Below, one piece after another: positions 40,533 to 49,481 of a stretch of 64,000 nucleotides of DNA (its first letter is position 1; each line of letters starts with the position of its first letter). The notes below the pieces were generated by a model. It searched no databases, was not told the DNA's origin, and saw only the letters and a program-made list of their open reading frames with translations. The DNA lies in the IMG/VR virus record IMGVR_UViG_3300013307_000015, one strand, 5' to 3'. Source of the stretch: a virus (taxonomy: Duplodnaviria; Heunggongvirae; Uroviricota; Caudoviricetes). A program made the position numbers and the translations under genes.

Positions 40533-41045
40533 GTGACCGAAGAACGAATCAGGGACCGGATTGAATGGGTTCACGAGGGTCTTCTCGGATGGCTCAATTC
40601 GATTTATGGACTCCAAGGATTTCATGGCACACACGGTGCGTACCGGAATTCGCAACCGAGTGCTCAGCAGGCATCCCGGCTGAGTCATCATTGGGTCGTA
40701 TTGGGCGATCTTATTTGGGAAAGGGCCGAACTCTCGTTGCATCAATCTGCTCCCGAGGCCTTGTTTTGGACAAATGTCCGCGAGTTTCAGCGTGACATCA
40801 TGACGTGGGTAAAGGTCTGGCAAGACTGCCATTACCTCGTACCCGGTAGTCAGTATCCTGTGCGGATGAGCAGTATCTTGAATTTGCTGATCAATCAGCT
40901 CCATGGCTACACGGGTAGTGTGGAGGTGGCGGTGGTTGATCCGAATGACGAACTCATCCACATTTGGGTACGTTTGAAGAATTACCCGGATTCCTTCGCT
41001 TGCATGATTAGCTTGCCGAAGATCACAAGCCACTCCTTGTTTTAA
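40533..41045 (+). CDS. hypothetical protein
   Basis: AAGGA RBS, GTG start. Confidence 0.65.
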   Translation: MTEERIRDRIEWVHEGLLGWLNSIYGLQGFHGTHGAYRNSQPSAQQASRLSHHWVVLGDLIWERAELSLHQSAPEALFWTNVREFQRDIMTWVKVWQDCHYLVPGSQYPVRMSSILNLLINQLHGYTGSVEVAVVDPNDELIHIWVRLKNYPDSFACMISLPKITSHSLF

Positions 41046-41072
41046 CCAGTATCTATTCACGAGTACGGAAAA

Positions 41073-41732
41073 ATGTCGCAAAAGACCATTGCGCCCGAGC
41101 AAGAATTCACCTACCGCAGCAACGAGTACACCCCGCAGGCTCCGATTGCGGGCTTCGTGAACTTCCTCTCCAAGCAGTACTACAGCGAGCAGGACGAAGC
41201 GACGGTGGAAGTGATTCGTCGGGCCATGGGAGAATTCACCAACGACGCGCAGCTGAAGATGCGCATGTCGGTGTTCTCCAACAAGCAAGAAGGCGTGGGG
41301 CGCGTGCTGATGAACGAGCAGTACATCGCCAGCACGAATATCGGTGTGAAGATGTTCAGCGTCTCGCTGGTCTCGGGGGACGACATCCACTACCCGGATT
41401 TCCAGCCGATGAAGAAAGCGTCGCTGCATCCGGTCAAGCGGGCAGCCGATCGTCAGTACCTGTGTCTGGGTAGCGACATGAATCACCCGCACATCCAGTT
41501 CACCTCGATCTACCACCAGTTGCAGAACCTGGTGTGTGGTCTGTCGGACAAGCTCGGCTTTTACGTGAACTACAACAGCGCACGTGAAGAGTACTTCCTG
41601 CTGGGTCGTCCGCTCGATCAGATGCAGCATCAGTACGCCGACGGTGAAGCGAAACAAGACGATCGGTTCCAGGTACTGATCCGTCTGCACATTCCGAGCG
41701 CAGCCAAGCGTGAACTTGCCGCAGCTGCCTGA
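41073..41732 (+). CDS. hypothetical protein
   Basis: 219 aa, biased codons. Confidence 0.75.
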   Translation: MSQKTIAPEQEFTYRSNEYTPQAPIAGFVNFLSKQYYSEQDEATVEVIRRAMGEFTNDAQLKMRMSVFSNKQEGVGRVLMNEQYIASTNIGVKMFSVSLVSGDDIHYPDFQPMKKASLHPVKRAADRQYLCLGSDMNHPHIQFTSIYHQLQNLVCGLSDKLGFYVNYNSAREEYFLLGRPLDQMQHQYADGEAKQDDRFQVLIRLHIPSAAKRELAAAA

Positions 41733-42306
41733 CGAGGACAAGATCACCGAGAAGCATATCCTCAAGAGCTTTGACTTCAGTGCCGAGATGATGAACGAGT
41801 GCCACCAGAAACTTTGGTGGCGTTACCGTCCTGACCAGTTCTTTCGTTTTTTTGCTGTTCGGGAACTGATTCGGGATTTGCAGTCAGACTTGGGCGTGGA
41901 GCCTCAGCACACGACGGTTCAGTTGCATGAGATGGTAGATGGTCAGCGTGAGATCTACACGTTGATTCATCGTAACGCCATGTACGTGAATGTCGGCTTG
42001 CAGGATAACTGGGCGATGGGGCATGAGGTCGATAAGAACAAGCTTGAGAAGTTCAAGAGCTTGGAAGTCGCTCTGAAGACCTTGCATCGTTACCGCATGA
42101 AAGCACAAGAGAAGGGGAACCTTCCGATCGAATTGGGATTGAGATCCTTGATGAAGTTCTTCTTGAATCTACCCGGCAATCCCTCGATCTGGTTGTTGCC
42201 TGATTCGAGCAAACTCTTGGCTGCTTCGGTGATCTGGAAAGAAACGGACGACAGAGACTCGGTTACCTTGACGATCTTTGATCCCGTCCATCCGAGCTTC
42301 CAATAA
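41710..42306 (+). CDS. hypothetical protein
   Basis: 198 aa, overlaps upstream stop, followed by hairpin plus TTATGCC. Confidence 0.65.
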   Translation: MNLPQLPDEDKITEKHILKSFDFSAEMMNECHQKLWWRYRPDQFFRFFAVRELIRDLQSDLGVEPQHTTVQLHEMVDGQREIYTLIHRNAMYVNVGLQDNWAMGHEVDKNKLEKFKSLEVALKTLHRYRMKAQEKGNLPIELGLRSLMKFFLNLPGNPSIWLLPDSSKLLAASVIWKETDDRDSVTLTIFDPVHPSFQ

Positions 42307-42381
42307 GAACATAGGGTCGATAGGGGCATAAAACCTCTATCGGCTTTATGCCGTTAAGAAACCGATTCTAGAAATTTTCAG

Positions 42382-42392
42382 TCACATATAAC
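42382..42392 (+). promoter_or_regulatory. putative early promoter (TCACATATAAC)
   Basis: Copy of the five-member motif heading the 42.4-46.8 kb gene run. Confidence 0.55.
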
Positions 42393-42450
42393 TTTCGCGA
42401 CATTGGTTACCTAATCAATTAAATTCGAACAAACTAATGGAGTCTTAAGA

Positions 42451-42789
42451 ATGAATAACCAAGAGAAGTTCATGCAAGAAGTCCAAGCGTTCATTCAGAT
42501 GAATCCCAAACAGCGCCAGATCGAGCAATTGACGATGCGGCAGCGGGAGATTGGTCCGGATGAGTGCCTGCGACTCATGGATCTTTACCGGTTCTATACG
42601 AAGATGATCGATCAGGAGCTAGTCAAGGTGGTTGAGCAATACGCTCGTGACGAACTCACTCAACAACAGTTCCGCGAGATCATGCGTTTTGTCGGACGTA
42701 AGTTATACGAGCCGTTTATCTTCGATCAAGTCGAAGAACTGGAATGGCGGTACAACTGCCTGAAAGAACGCGCAATTCCGATTCGTTAA
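42451..42789 (+). CDS. hypothetical protein
   Basis: GGAG RBS; 112 aa. Confidence 0.7.
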   Translation: MNNQEKFMQEVQAFIQMNPKQRQIEQLTMRQREIGPDECLRLMDLYRFYTKMIDQELVKVVEQYARDELTQQQFREIMRFVGRKLYEPFIFDQVEELEWRYNCLKERAIPIR

Positions 42790-42802
42790 TGGAGAGAACA
42801 AG

Positions 42803-42985
42803 ATGAAAGAAGTGCAACAATTGCAACCGCTCATCCCGATGCGCAAGAGCTTGACCACGCTTCGTCCGTTGAAGGGCGATGCGCCGATGATTGACTTCTC
42901 AGCGATCATCTCGAAGTACCGGCCGGAACCGATGTGGCGCAAGTGGGCGCGACGTGTGGTGCGGGTCGTAACGTTTTTCTGGTAA
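42803..42985 (+). CDS. small hypothetical protein
   Basis: GGAGA RBS; 60 aa. Confidence 0.6.
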   Translation: MKEVQQLQPLIPMRKSLTTLRPLKGDAPMIDFSAIISKYRPEPMWRKWARRVVRVVTFFW

Positions 42986-43035
42986 GCAGTACACTCATCC
43001 TCAATTACATTCGAAGAAACTAAGGAAGAACAATC

Positions 43036-43776
43036 ATGACGACCATTTGCTGGAATAAGAACGAACTGGTGGCCGATAGCCGCGTCTCGTATTTCGACGA
43101 GGCAGGCAAGAAGCTTAGCCACACCGACAACGAAGTCTGCAAGATCTATGCACCGACGTCGTTTTACGTCGACGGCGATGTGGTCAAAGCGATTGCGATC
43201 TCGGGTACCGATCGCTTGATCAGCATTCTGTCCAAGCTCAACGACAACAACGTCGTGCCCGATACGGACATTGTAGTGGTGAAGGATTTTCAAGATCCGG
43301 CATTCTACGTTCAATTCGCAGCACTGATCAAGATGAAATCGTTCTTGATCATCGTCGGCACCGCCAGTAATTACCTGTTGGAGATGGTCCCGCGCAATGG
43401 TGGCGGCATCATCTGGACGCTCCAGAAGGTGCAGAAAGACGACTACATCCTCGCCGGCACGGGGGCAGAAGAAATCCTTGCAGCGATGAAGGACGAAAAG
43501 AAACTCGGCGGGGAAGTAACGCTGGATGACTTCAAGAAGACGTCGGCGCGTAAGATCGTGCAACTCGGGATTGTCTGCGATCCCTATTCCGGCGGCAATC
43601 TGCGTGTTTGGTGTGAAGAACACGGTCATCGGGTGGTGGAAGTTGACCCGCCTGTTCACGTCGCTAAGCAGTTCGCTGATGAACAGCCCGATAGCCGTCT
43701 GCCGGTCGGGGGTGATTTCGATGCTGAACTGGATCGACGCCTCGCCGCTTTTCTGGCAGAAAAACAAGCAGCATAA
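43036..43776 (+). CDS. Ntn-hydrolase, proteasome-beta/HslV-like peptidase
   Basis: N-terminal (M)TT, VADSR, downstream Lys (CKI), AGTG and DPYSGG motifs. Confidence 0.75.
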   Translation: MTTICWNKNELVADSRVSYFDEAGKKLSHTDNEVCKIYAPTSFYVDGDVVKAIAISGTDRLISILSKLNDNNVVPDTDIVVVKDFQDPAFYVQFAALIKMKSFLIIVGTASNYLLEMVPRNGGGIIWTLQKVQKDDYILAGTGAEEILAAMKDEKKLGGEVTLDDFKKTSARKIVQLGIVCDPYSGGNLRVWCEEHGHRVVEVDPPVHVAKQFADEQPDSRLPVGGDFDAELDRRLAAFLAEKQAA

Positions 43777-43827
43777 AAGCCGGGGGCTTATGCCCCCGAT
43801 AACCATTACATTCGAAGAAACTAGACC

Positions 43828-44217
43828 ATGAAACTCATCCTGAACTTTCCCTGCGCAATCATCGGTAATAAACTCGAAGCAGCTGCCGGCTTTGAAGATC
43901 GCGTGCTCGAAATCGACAACATCGTGACGCTGCGCTATGCGCACAACTCGAACGAAAAGAAAACGGGGTTCTGCATTATCCCCAAGTATCCCTACAGCGA
44001 AAACGCTTCTGACAATGAAAACACGCAGGCGCGTTTCGATGTCTACGAAAAGATCAAGGCTGCAACTGGCTGGAAGGAATCAACCGACTGGGTCGGCCAA
44101 CCGTGCCTGTTCGCAGAAGGCGGAGAAGTCAATGGCGAATTCGGGATTCACGCAGCCGGTGAATTCTGGGTCTCGTACGAACTGTACGACGAAGTGCTCG
44201 ACGCAGCTGTTCTGTAA
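43828..44217 (+). CDS. hypothetical protein
   Basis: 129 aa, preceded by the repeated leader. Confidence 0.7.
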   Translation: MKLILNFPCAIIGNKLEAAAGFEDRVLEIDNIVTLRYAHNSNEKKTGFCIIPKYPYSENASDNENTQARFDVYEKIKAATGWKESTDWVGQPCLFAEGGEVNGEFGIHAAGEFWVSYELYDEVLDAAVL

Positions 44218-44275
44218 TACGCAGTACCAATCAATCCCTTAAGACACATCACATTCGAAAGAAAGGAGAAACACC

Positions 44276-45136
44276 ATGACGTACAATCACGCTCTGATGG
44301 CAGCCATCGACAACAACAACGTCAACGACTTCTGGAACATCCTCTACAACGACGACGCATTCGTGAGCAAGGACATTGCCTACGATCCGGAATGGGCCAA
44401 CGGCACGGGCTACTACGACGGCGCTGTCAAAGCGGACATGGCTGAACTCGGCGTCGGACAAGTCGGCCGTAGCCGTTCGCCGGCCCCCAACAACCGCCGC
44501 ATCCTGATCGTCAAGACGCGCTACGGCAACGTCGTCGTGTTCGAGCGCATGACGCCGGCTGAAGACGGCACGCTCAAGGGACCGATCACGATCAACATGC
44601 CGGACATGATTCGGCACACCGAGTTGATCGGTACCGAAGGTCCGCTGACGATCGATCAACTCGTCAGCATCTTCGGCAACGGTGTCCAGCCGGTCTACAA
44701 CGTCGGCGTACGGTTGGAGCACCTGCTCACGTACATGAAGCAAGGCGGGCGTCTGACGAAGAATCTGCGCTTCCGTCGTTTCGAAGCCATTCTCTTGATG
44801 GCGCACAACTTCAAGGACATGTTCGCGATGATCCAAGGTTCGCCCACGCAGATGCAGGCAGTCGATGCACTGCTGTCGGCTCCGTGGGAAGTGCCGCTCG
44901 TGATTCGTGAAGCACACGAGCACAACTCGATTCCGTTTCGCACGGACGGCTACGGACTCACCGACAAGGGCCTGTATCGGCTCACGAAGTGGCAAGCCGA
45001 AGCGCTGCTCAATCTCTCGTTCGACGAGTTCCTCGGCAGTAACCTCGACGTGCTGAACGGGCAGTACTACCAGCTCGCCAAAGACCTGAATCCGGCTGCC
45101 CACAAGCTGTCGGAATCCATGGAAGCATCCCATTAA
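44276..45136 (+). CDS. hypothetical protein
   Basis: AAGGAG RBS; strong codon bias. Confidence 0.8.
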   Translation: MTYNHALMAAIDNNNVNDFWNILYNDDAFVSKDIAYDPEWANGTGYYDGAVKADMAELGVGQVGRSRSPAPNNRRILIVKTRYGNVVVFERMTPAEDGTLKGPITINMPDMIRHTELIGTEGPLTIDQLVSIFGNGVQPVYNVGVRLEHLLTYMKQGGRLTKNLRFRRFEAILLMAHNFKDMFAMIQGSPTQMQAVDALLSAPWEVPLVIREAHEHNSIPFRTDGYGLTDKGLYRLTKWQAEALLNLSFDEFLGSNLDVLNGQYYQLAKDLNPAAHKLSESMEASH

Positions 45137-45160
45137 CCCCCCTCCTCCCAAGGAACCATC

Positions 45161-45577
45161 ATGCAAATGCAAGAAATCATCAACAACATCCGTTCGGTCG
45201 ACGTTTCGTTGAACGATACCTTCATCGCCTTCAACCGCGACGGCGTGATCGACATCGAAGCGCTCATGCAGCTGTTCGTGCAGGACACGTTCGAAGACTT
45301 CGACTTCATGTCGCAAGGTTTCAACGACGCGGTCGAGCAACTGGTCACGATCTACAACGGAATCGGTGCGCTCGGCGAATACCCGTACGGCGGCCTGCCG
45401 CACGGCATCGTCGATGACTTCGCCAACTTCGGCTTCACCTTCGAAGACCGCATCGTCAACGAAGAAGAAATCCGGGTGGTGCAGACCAAGCACGTGACGC
45501 TCATCGTCGAACGCTTCGCCGAAGACGAGTCGCCGCTCGACACGGGCGATCGTGAAGACGAGGACGACGAGTCGTAA
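45161..45577 (+). CDS. highly acidic hypothetical protein
   Basis: AAGGA RBS; about 32 D/E versus 7 K/R in 138 aa; terminator at 45587-45616. Confidence 0.78.
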   Translation: MQMQEIINNIRSVDVSLNDTFIAFNRDGVIDIEALMQLFVQDTFEDFDFMSQGFNDAVEQLVTIYNGIGALGEYPYGGLPHGIVDDFANFGFTFEDRIVNEEEIRVVQTKHVTLIVERFAEDESPLDTGDREDEDDES

Positions 45578-45633
45578 TCGTCGATGAAAAGAGAGGGCTT
45601 CGGTCCTCTCTTTTTTCAAGAAAGGAAAGGAAA

Positions 45634-46194
45634 ATGAACTTACTCGCATTGCGGCAATGGACCGTCGAGTTTCTCGACACAGCTAAATCCGAACCGGTGC
45701 TTCTGCTCAAACGGAACAATCTGGAACGTGGGTCGGTGGATGTCTTCCCGATTCTGGGTATGGAAGTCGTCGACTCGATGAAGGGTGACATCACGATCAA
45801 GGTGGCCCAGCAGAAGTTCCGGGAAGATTTCTCGACTCGCAATGTCGAGGAGTGGCCGTCCCTCGATCCGGTGGTCTTCAAGCACTTCGGCATTGCGCCT
45901 GTCTTCTTGCCCGAGGACCACGAGTACAAGACGTGGATTCCGAAGCAAGCTCAGTGCGTCTCGCATCTGGATCGCGATCGAGTCAGTCTCGGTCAAGAAT
46001 GCGAAGTTGTTCGACCCAGTACGCCAGCAGAACCCGGCGAGAAAGTGTTTGTTACAACTTTTCATCCTGATGCCACACCGGACGATGTGACTGCATGGAT
46101 TAACACTTGGCTTCAAGCTGACCAAGTAATTTCCATTGTTCCGACTGGCATCAGGATCAGTGTCTTTTACCGGGCGAAGGAACCCATCAGATAA
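45634..46194 (+). CDS. hypothetical protein
   Basis: AAGGA RBS; 186 aa. Confidence 0.7.
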   Translation: MNLLALRQWTVEFLDTAKSEPVLLLKRNNLERGSVDVFPILGMEVVDSMKGDITIKVAQQKFREDFSTRNVEEWPSLDPVVFKHFGIAPVFLPEDHEYKTWIPKQAQCVSHLDRDRVSLGQECEVVRPSTPAEPGEKVFVTTFHPDATPDDVTAWINTWLQADQVISIVPTGIRISVFYRAKEPIR

Positions 46195-46205
46195 GGAATC
46201 GAACA

Positions 46206-46559
46206 ATGTCGACTCTTTGGCTTTTGAAGAAACTGCCCTTGGAGCGCCGTACACAGGCCAAGACGTGGTCAGCCGATCCATGGGCCTACAGTGTCAAACG
46301 CAACCATGAATTGGTGGTGCGTGCCGATACCGAGTTTCAAGCTCGGCAAGTGGCAGAGGAAGTCGCAGGGATGGAAAGCGCCAAGGAGCAGGTGTGGATG
46401 AACCCGCACCTGACTTCTTGCACGATGATTCCTTGGCAAGGTTTGCCAGAAGTCATCTGTGGGAATTTGAAGGACATGAAGCACAAGAACCCCGCACGCA
46501 AGAAGAAACCTGATAACGACGGATACGTGCCGGACAAGAACACCACGAAGTATTTCTAG
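46206..46559 (+). CDS. hypothetical protein
   Basis: AAGGA RBS; VVRADTE..AR..A pattern common in small phage proteins. Confidence 0.7.
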   Translation: MSTLWLLKKLPLERRTQAKTWSADPWAYSVKRNHELVVRADTEFQARQVAEEVAGMESAKEQVWMNPHLTSCTMIPWQGLPEVICGNLKDMKHKNPARKKKPDNDGYVPDKNTTKYF

Positions 46560-46571
46560 GAGTTAAGCAAC

Positions 46572-46832
46572 ATGCAAACCAAGAATCCGGTGGAAGGCGG
46601 ACCCTATCCCTTCGTAAGAGGGATGACGGTCAAGGAGTTGAAGGAACTCGTCAAGGACTGGCCGGAAGTCACCAACTACGGAGAGCCGACAGAAGTCTGG
46701 ATCGAAACGGGTCTCGGGTTGTCGTCGCCGGTGGTGGTCGCGATGGCGCTGAACCTTCGAGATATGGAAGACGGCACCAAGAGCGCTGATCTCGTGCTCG
46801 AAAGTAACGCATTCGAGAACAAGTTCGAGTGA
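46572..46832 (+). CDS. hypothetical protein
   Basis: AGGAG RBS; MTVKELKE pattern. Confidence 0.7.
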   Translation: MQTKNPVEGGPYPFVRGMTVKELKELVKDWPEVTNYGEPTEVWIETGLGLSSPVVVAMALNLRDMEDGTKSADLVLESNAFENKFE

Positions 46833-46885
46833 CGGCATAGAGGAGGGCTTTCGCCCTCCTCTCGCTTCACCTTCTTTTTTTGTCT

Positions 46886-47170
46886 TCAGCACCACTTAAT
46901 GCGGTTTTCCTCAATCCAGTAATGCGACTGGCAAGGAAATTGCTGATTACCGATCGAAGGCCAGAGTGTTACGCGGTCTTGTTTATCCCGCGTGTACTTC
47001 CAACCGCGATCGTTATCGCGAAACGGCGTGACCGTTTTGATCCCGCACGTCCCGCAAGCACACAGGTGGATGGCCGTCTGGAATTTCTCCGAGACGTACA
47101 GTACACCTTGCTCTAGTTCACCGCTGATGGTGTCAACGAAGACTGGACGCAATTCCATATCTCTCATCAC
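46886..47170 (-). CDS. DUF6527-like Cys/His protein
   Basis: LEQGVLYVS, AIHLCACG.CG, TLWPSIGN and CQSHYWI motifs. Confidence 0.75.
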   Translation of the reverse strand: MMRDMELRPVFVDTISGELEQGVLYVSEKFQTAIHLCACGTCGIKTVTPFRDNDRGWKYTRDKQDRVTLWPSIGNQQFPCQSHYWIEENRIKWC

Positions 47171-47196
47171 CTCTCCTTTTATTCCAGTGCTGCGAG

Positions 47197-47385
47197 CTAC
47201 CAGACTCCGTGGTTAAATCCCAACGCGGGACCGAACATCGAGAGCAGGATTAGCAAGCAGATGATGATGAAGATGATTCGTACTGCCAGCGCGAATGGTG
47301 CAGGAATGGGTAGCGTGGTAATTAACCAATACACCAAACCGAGAATGATCAGCACAATCAGTAGGTGAATCAGCAATGCCGTCAT
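47197..47385 (-). CDS. small two-TM membrane protein (Thivi_2564-like)
   Basis: AGGAGG RBS; two hydrophobic helices separated by LPIPAPF. Confidence 0.7.
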   Translation of the reverse strand: MTALLIHLLIVLIILGLVYWLITTLPIPAPFALAVRIIFIIICLLILLSMFGPALGFNHGVW

Positions 47386-47394
47386 AGCAACCTC

Positions 47395-47526
47395 CTAGAA
47401 GAGATGCTGAACAAACGCCCAGTGCCGAATGACGAACCGGATCAATTCGTCCAGCGCTACTGCTCCCCCGCCGATGATCACGATGGCCGTGATCAATGGA
47501 GGAATCCACCATCCATCTGGAAACAT
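47395..47526 (-). CDS. small membrane protein
   Basis: TAATG coupling to the upstream gene; one hydrophobic segment. Confidence 0.5.
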   Translation of the reverse strand: MFPDGWWIPPLITAIVIIGGGAVALDELIRFVIRHWAFVQHLF

Positions 47527-48329
47527 TAGCGGAATCCCCCCGTGGTCAGTCGGATCTGACGTGTCCACGATTCGCGATCGTTCATGAGTGCGATCTTCGT
47601 CCACTTCTCTGTCAGGAACGTCTGGTACAGCTCTTCTGCATCAGCCCAGCTGTCGACCACTTCCTTGAAGCGCCCGATCGTCTGGCCGCCGAAGAGCTGA
47701 CCCTTATCCATCTGGATGATGTACTGGCTGAAGACGTACGACTTCACTGCGTACTCGACCAGCTTGGCAAAAGCCCGGAATGAGCGCAGTTGGATGTGCG
47801 ACATGTTTTCGTCGTTCGCCAGCTGGCAGCGCAGGTAGATGTTGGCAGGCAACACCACTGTATCACGCACCATCACGACGTTCTCGCCGATCAGTTGCAC
47901 ATACGCAGTGGAGGTCACAGGAATCGTTCCCATGGCGTCCATGACGGCTTGCGCGCCTTGTAGCATGAAGGTGTTTTGGTCACCTGCTGCCACGCCGTAA
48001 GACGACACCTTGGTCGGGTCCGAGAACGTGATGTTCATCACGCTCATGATCGAACGACCTTGCGTCTTGTCTTTCGGAATCCGGTAGATCGACGTGTAGT
48101 CGTTCTGACGGTACACCGGAATACCGTCCAAAGGAATGAAGACTTCCGTGCCGCCGACCAGATTGCAGTCGACCAGCACATGGGGGCGAATCACCAACGC
48201 CATCAGCTGCTCATCCAGATCCATCATGGCGTCCCGGTAGCCGTTCACGACAGGCGTGAAGACCGTGCGCAGGATGTCCATCGGGATGATACGCTTGACG
48301 TTGGCAAGTGCATAGCGTACGCAATCCAT
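47526..48329 (-). CDS. conserved phiKZ-like protein, probably virion structural
   Basis: 267 aa, AGAGGG RBS; IP..IL and VLVDCNLVGG motifs; divergent from phuZ. Confidence 0.7.
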   Translation of the reverse strand: MDCVRYALANVKRIIPMDILRTVFTPVVNGYRDAMMDLDEQLMALVIRPHVLVDCNLVGGTEVFIPLDGIPVYRQNDYTSIYRIPKDKTQGRSIMSVMNITFSDPTKVSSYGVAAGDQNTFMLQGAQAVMDAMGTIPVTSTAYVQLIGENVVMVRDTVVLPANIYLRCQLANDENMSHIQLRSFRAFAKLVEYAVKSYVFSQYIIQMDKGQLFGGQTIGRFKEVVDSWADAEELYQTFLTEKWTKIALMNDRESWTRQIRLTTGGFR

Positions 48330-48352
48330 GTTATCCCTCTAAAGAAACTTGG

Positions 48353-48363
48353 TCATATATCAT
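48353..48363 (+). promoter_or_regulatory. putative early promoter (TCATATATCAT) upstream of phuZ
   Basis: Copy of the five-member motif. Confidence 0.55.
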
Positions 48364-48473
48364 CACCTGAGGTCAGGTATCCATACAATCCTTTGAGTGG
48401 AAGGACTGCGTGGATTTTTTTACTGCGCCTCCCCCTTGCTATGCGTAGATTCGTCATCACTGGAGTAATCTCA

Positions 48474-49478
48474 ATGACCCAAGAAATTCATACCCGTGGC
48501 AGCGTTCGAGTGTACGCCTGCGGCGGATGCGGCTCGAACATCGGTTCGCTGCTCGAATCGTATCGTAGCAACAACAGTTCGGCCATCGCCTCGATGGACA
48601 TCGCCTACATCGATACGTCGCGCTCGAACCTCAAGCATCTGAACGTCGACGAAGAACGAACCTTCCTGTTTCAGGGCCGTGACGGCTCCGGCGGCATTCG
48701 TCGGGAAAACGCCAACGAAATCTCGGCCAAGGTTGCTCCGATCCTCGAAAAGTTCCCGCCGGCGGATCTGTCGATCGTGATTCACTCGATGTCGGGCGGC
48801 ACTGGCTCGGTGGTCGGCCCCTCGATCGCGTCGGCGCTGCTCGAAGCGAAGAAGGCAGTCATCATGCTGGTCGTCGGCGATGCTTCGACGCGTCTGGACG
48901 CCTCGAACACGATGAACACGCTCAAGACCTACGACTCGATCTCGCAGCTGCGCAATCTGCCGGTCGTGCTGTCGTTCCAGCTGAACAGCCGCGAGAACAA
49001 GCGCGAGGACGTGGACCGCAACATCGTCGGCACTGCCGTGTCGATCGCGATCCTGTGGTCGGGCAACAACCGGGAACTGGATTCGAAGGATCTATACAAC
49101 TTCCTGAACTTCCACATCCCGACGACGTTCGAACCGCAAGTCGCGCATCTGTCGCTCGTGCAGTCGGGTGAAGAAGTGGTCGACAAGAACGGCGGGCAAG
49201 TCATCTCGGTGGCGACGCTTGCGGCTCCCGGCCAGGACACCACGCTCGACCCGGCACCGGAAGTGCAGTATCGCGGCTACCTAGCCGACGATGCGCCGGC
49301 ATCCTTGCAGGAAAAGCTGCCGACGCATTTCTTCGTCACCGACGGCATGTTCGAGGAAGTCAACGAACTGCTGAAAGCGACGCTCAAACAACACGAAGTT
49401 CTTGCGCGTTCGCGCGAAAAGAAGGAGGGTTTCCTGACCGATGCTGACAAGCCTACTCCGTCTGGTCTGGTGCTCTAA
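48474..49478 (+). CDS. phuZ: phage tubulin PhuZ
   Basis: CGGCGSNIG, IDTS, GSGG.R, tubulin signature SGGTGS, ELD..D and C-terminal SGLVL tail; GGAG RBS. Confidence 0.93.
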   Translation: MTQEIHTRGSVRVYACGGCGSNIGSLLESYRSNNSSAIASMDIAYIDTSRSNLKHLNVDEERTFLFQGRDGSGGIRRENANEISAKVAPILEKFPPADLSIVIHSMSGGTGSVVGPSIASALLEAKKAVIMLVVGDASTRLDASNTMNTLKTYDSISQLRNLPVVLSFQLNSRENKREDVDRNIVGTAVSIAILWSGNNRELDSKDLYNFLNFHIPTTFEPQVAHLSLVQSGEEVVDKNGGQVISVATLAAPGQDTTLDPAPEVQYRGYLADDAPASLQEKLPTHFFVTDGMFEEVNELLKATLKQHEVLARSREKKEGFLTDADKPTPSGLVL

Positions 49479-49481
49479 GCA

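Noticed and set aside
42419-44275. CRISPR array interpretation of the ACATTCGAA repeats
   Set aside because: Copies are separated by whole genes, not 30-40-nt spacers; no cas genes are present.
47976-48473. N-terminal extension of PhuZ given in the ORF track (500 aa)
   Set aside because: It overlaps the divergent gene and the promoter; tubulin motifs and the RBS point to ATG 48474.
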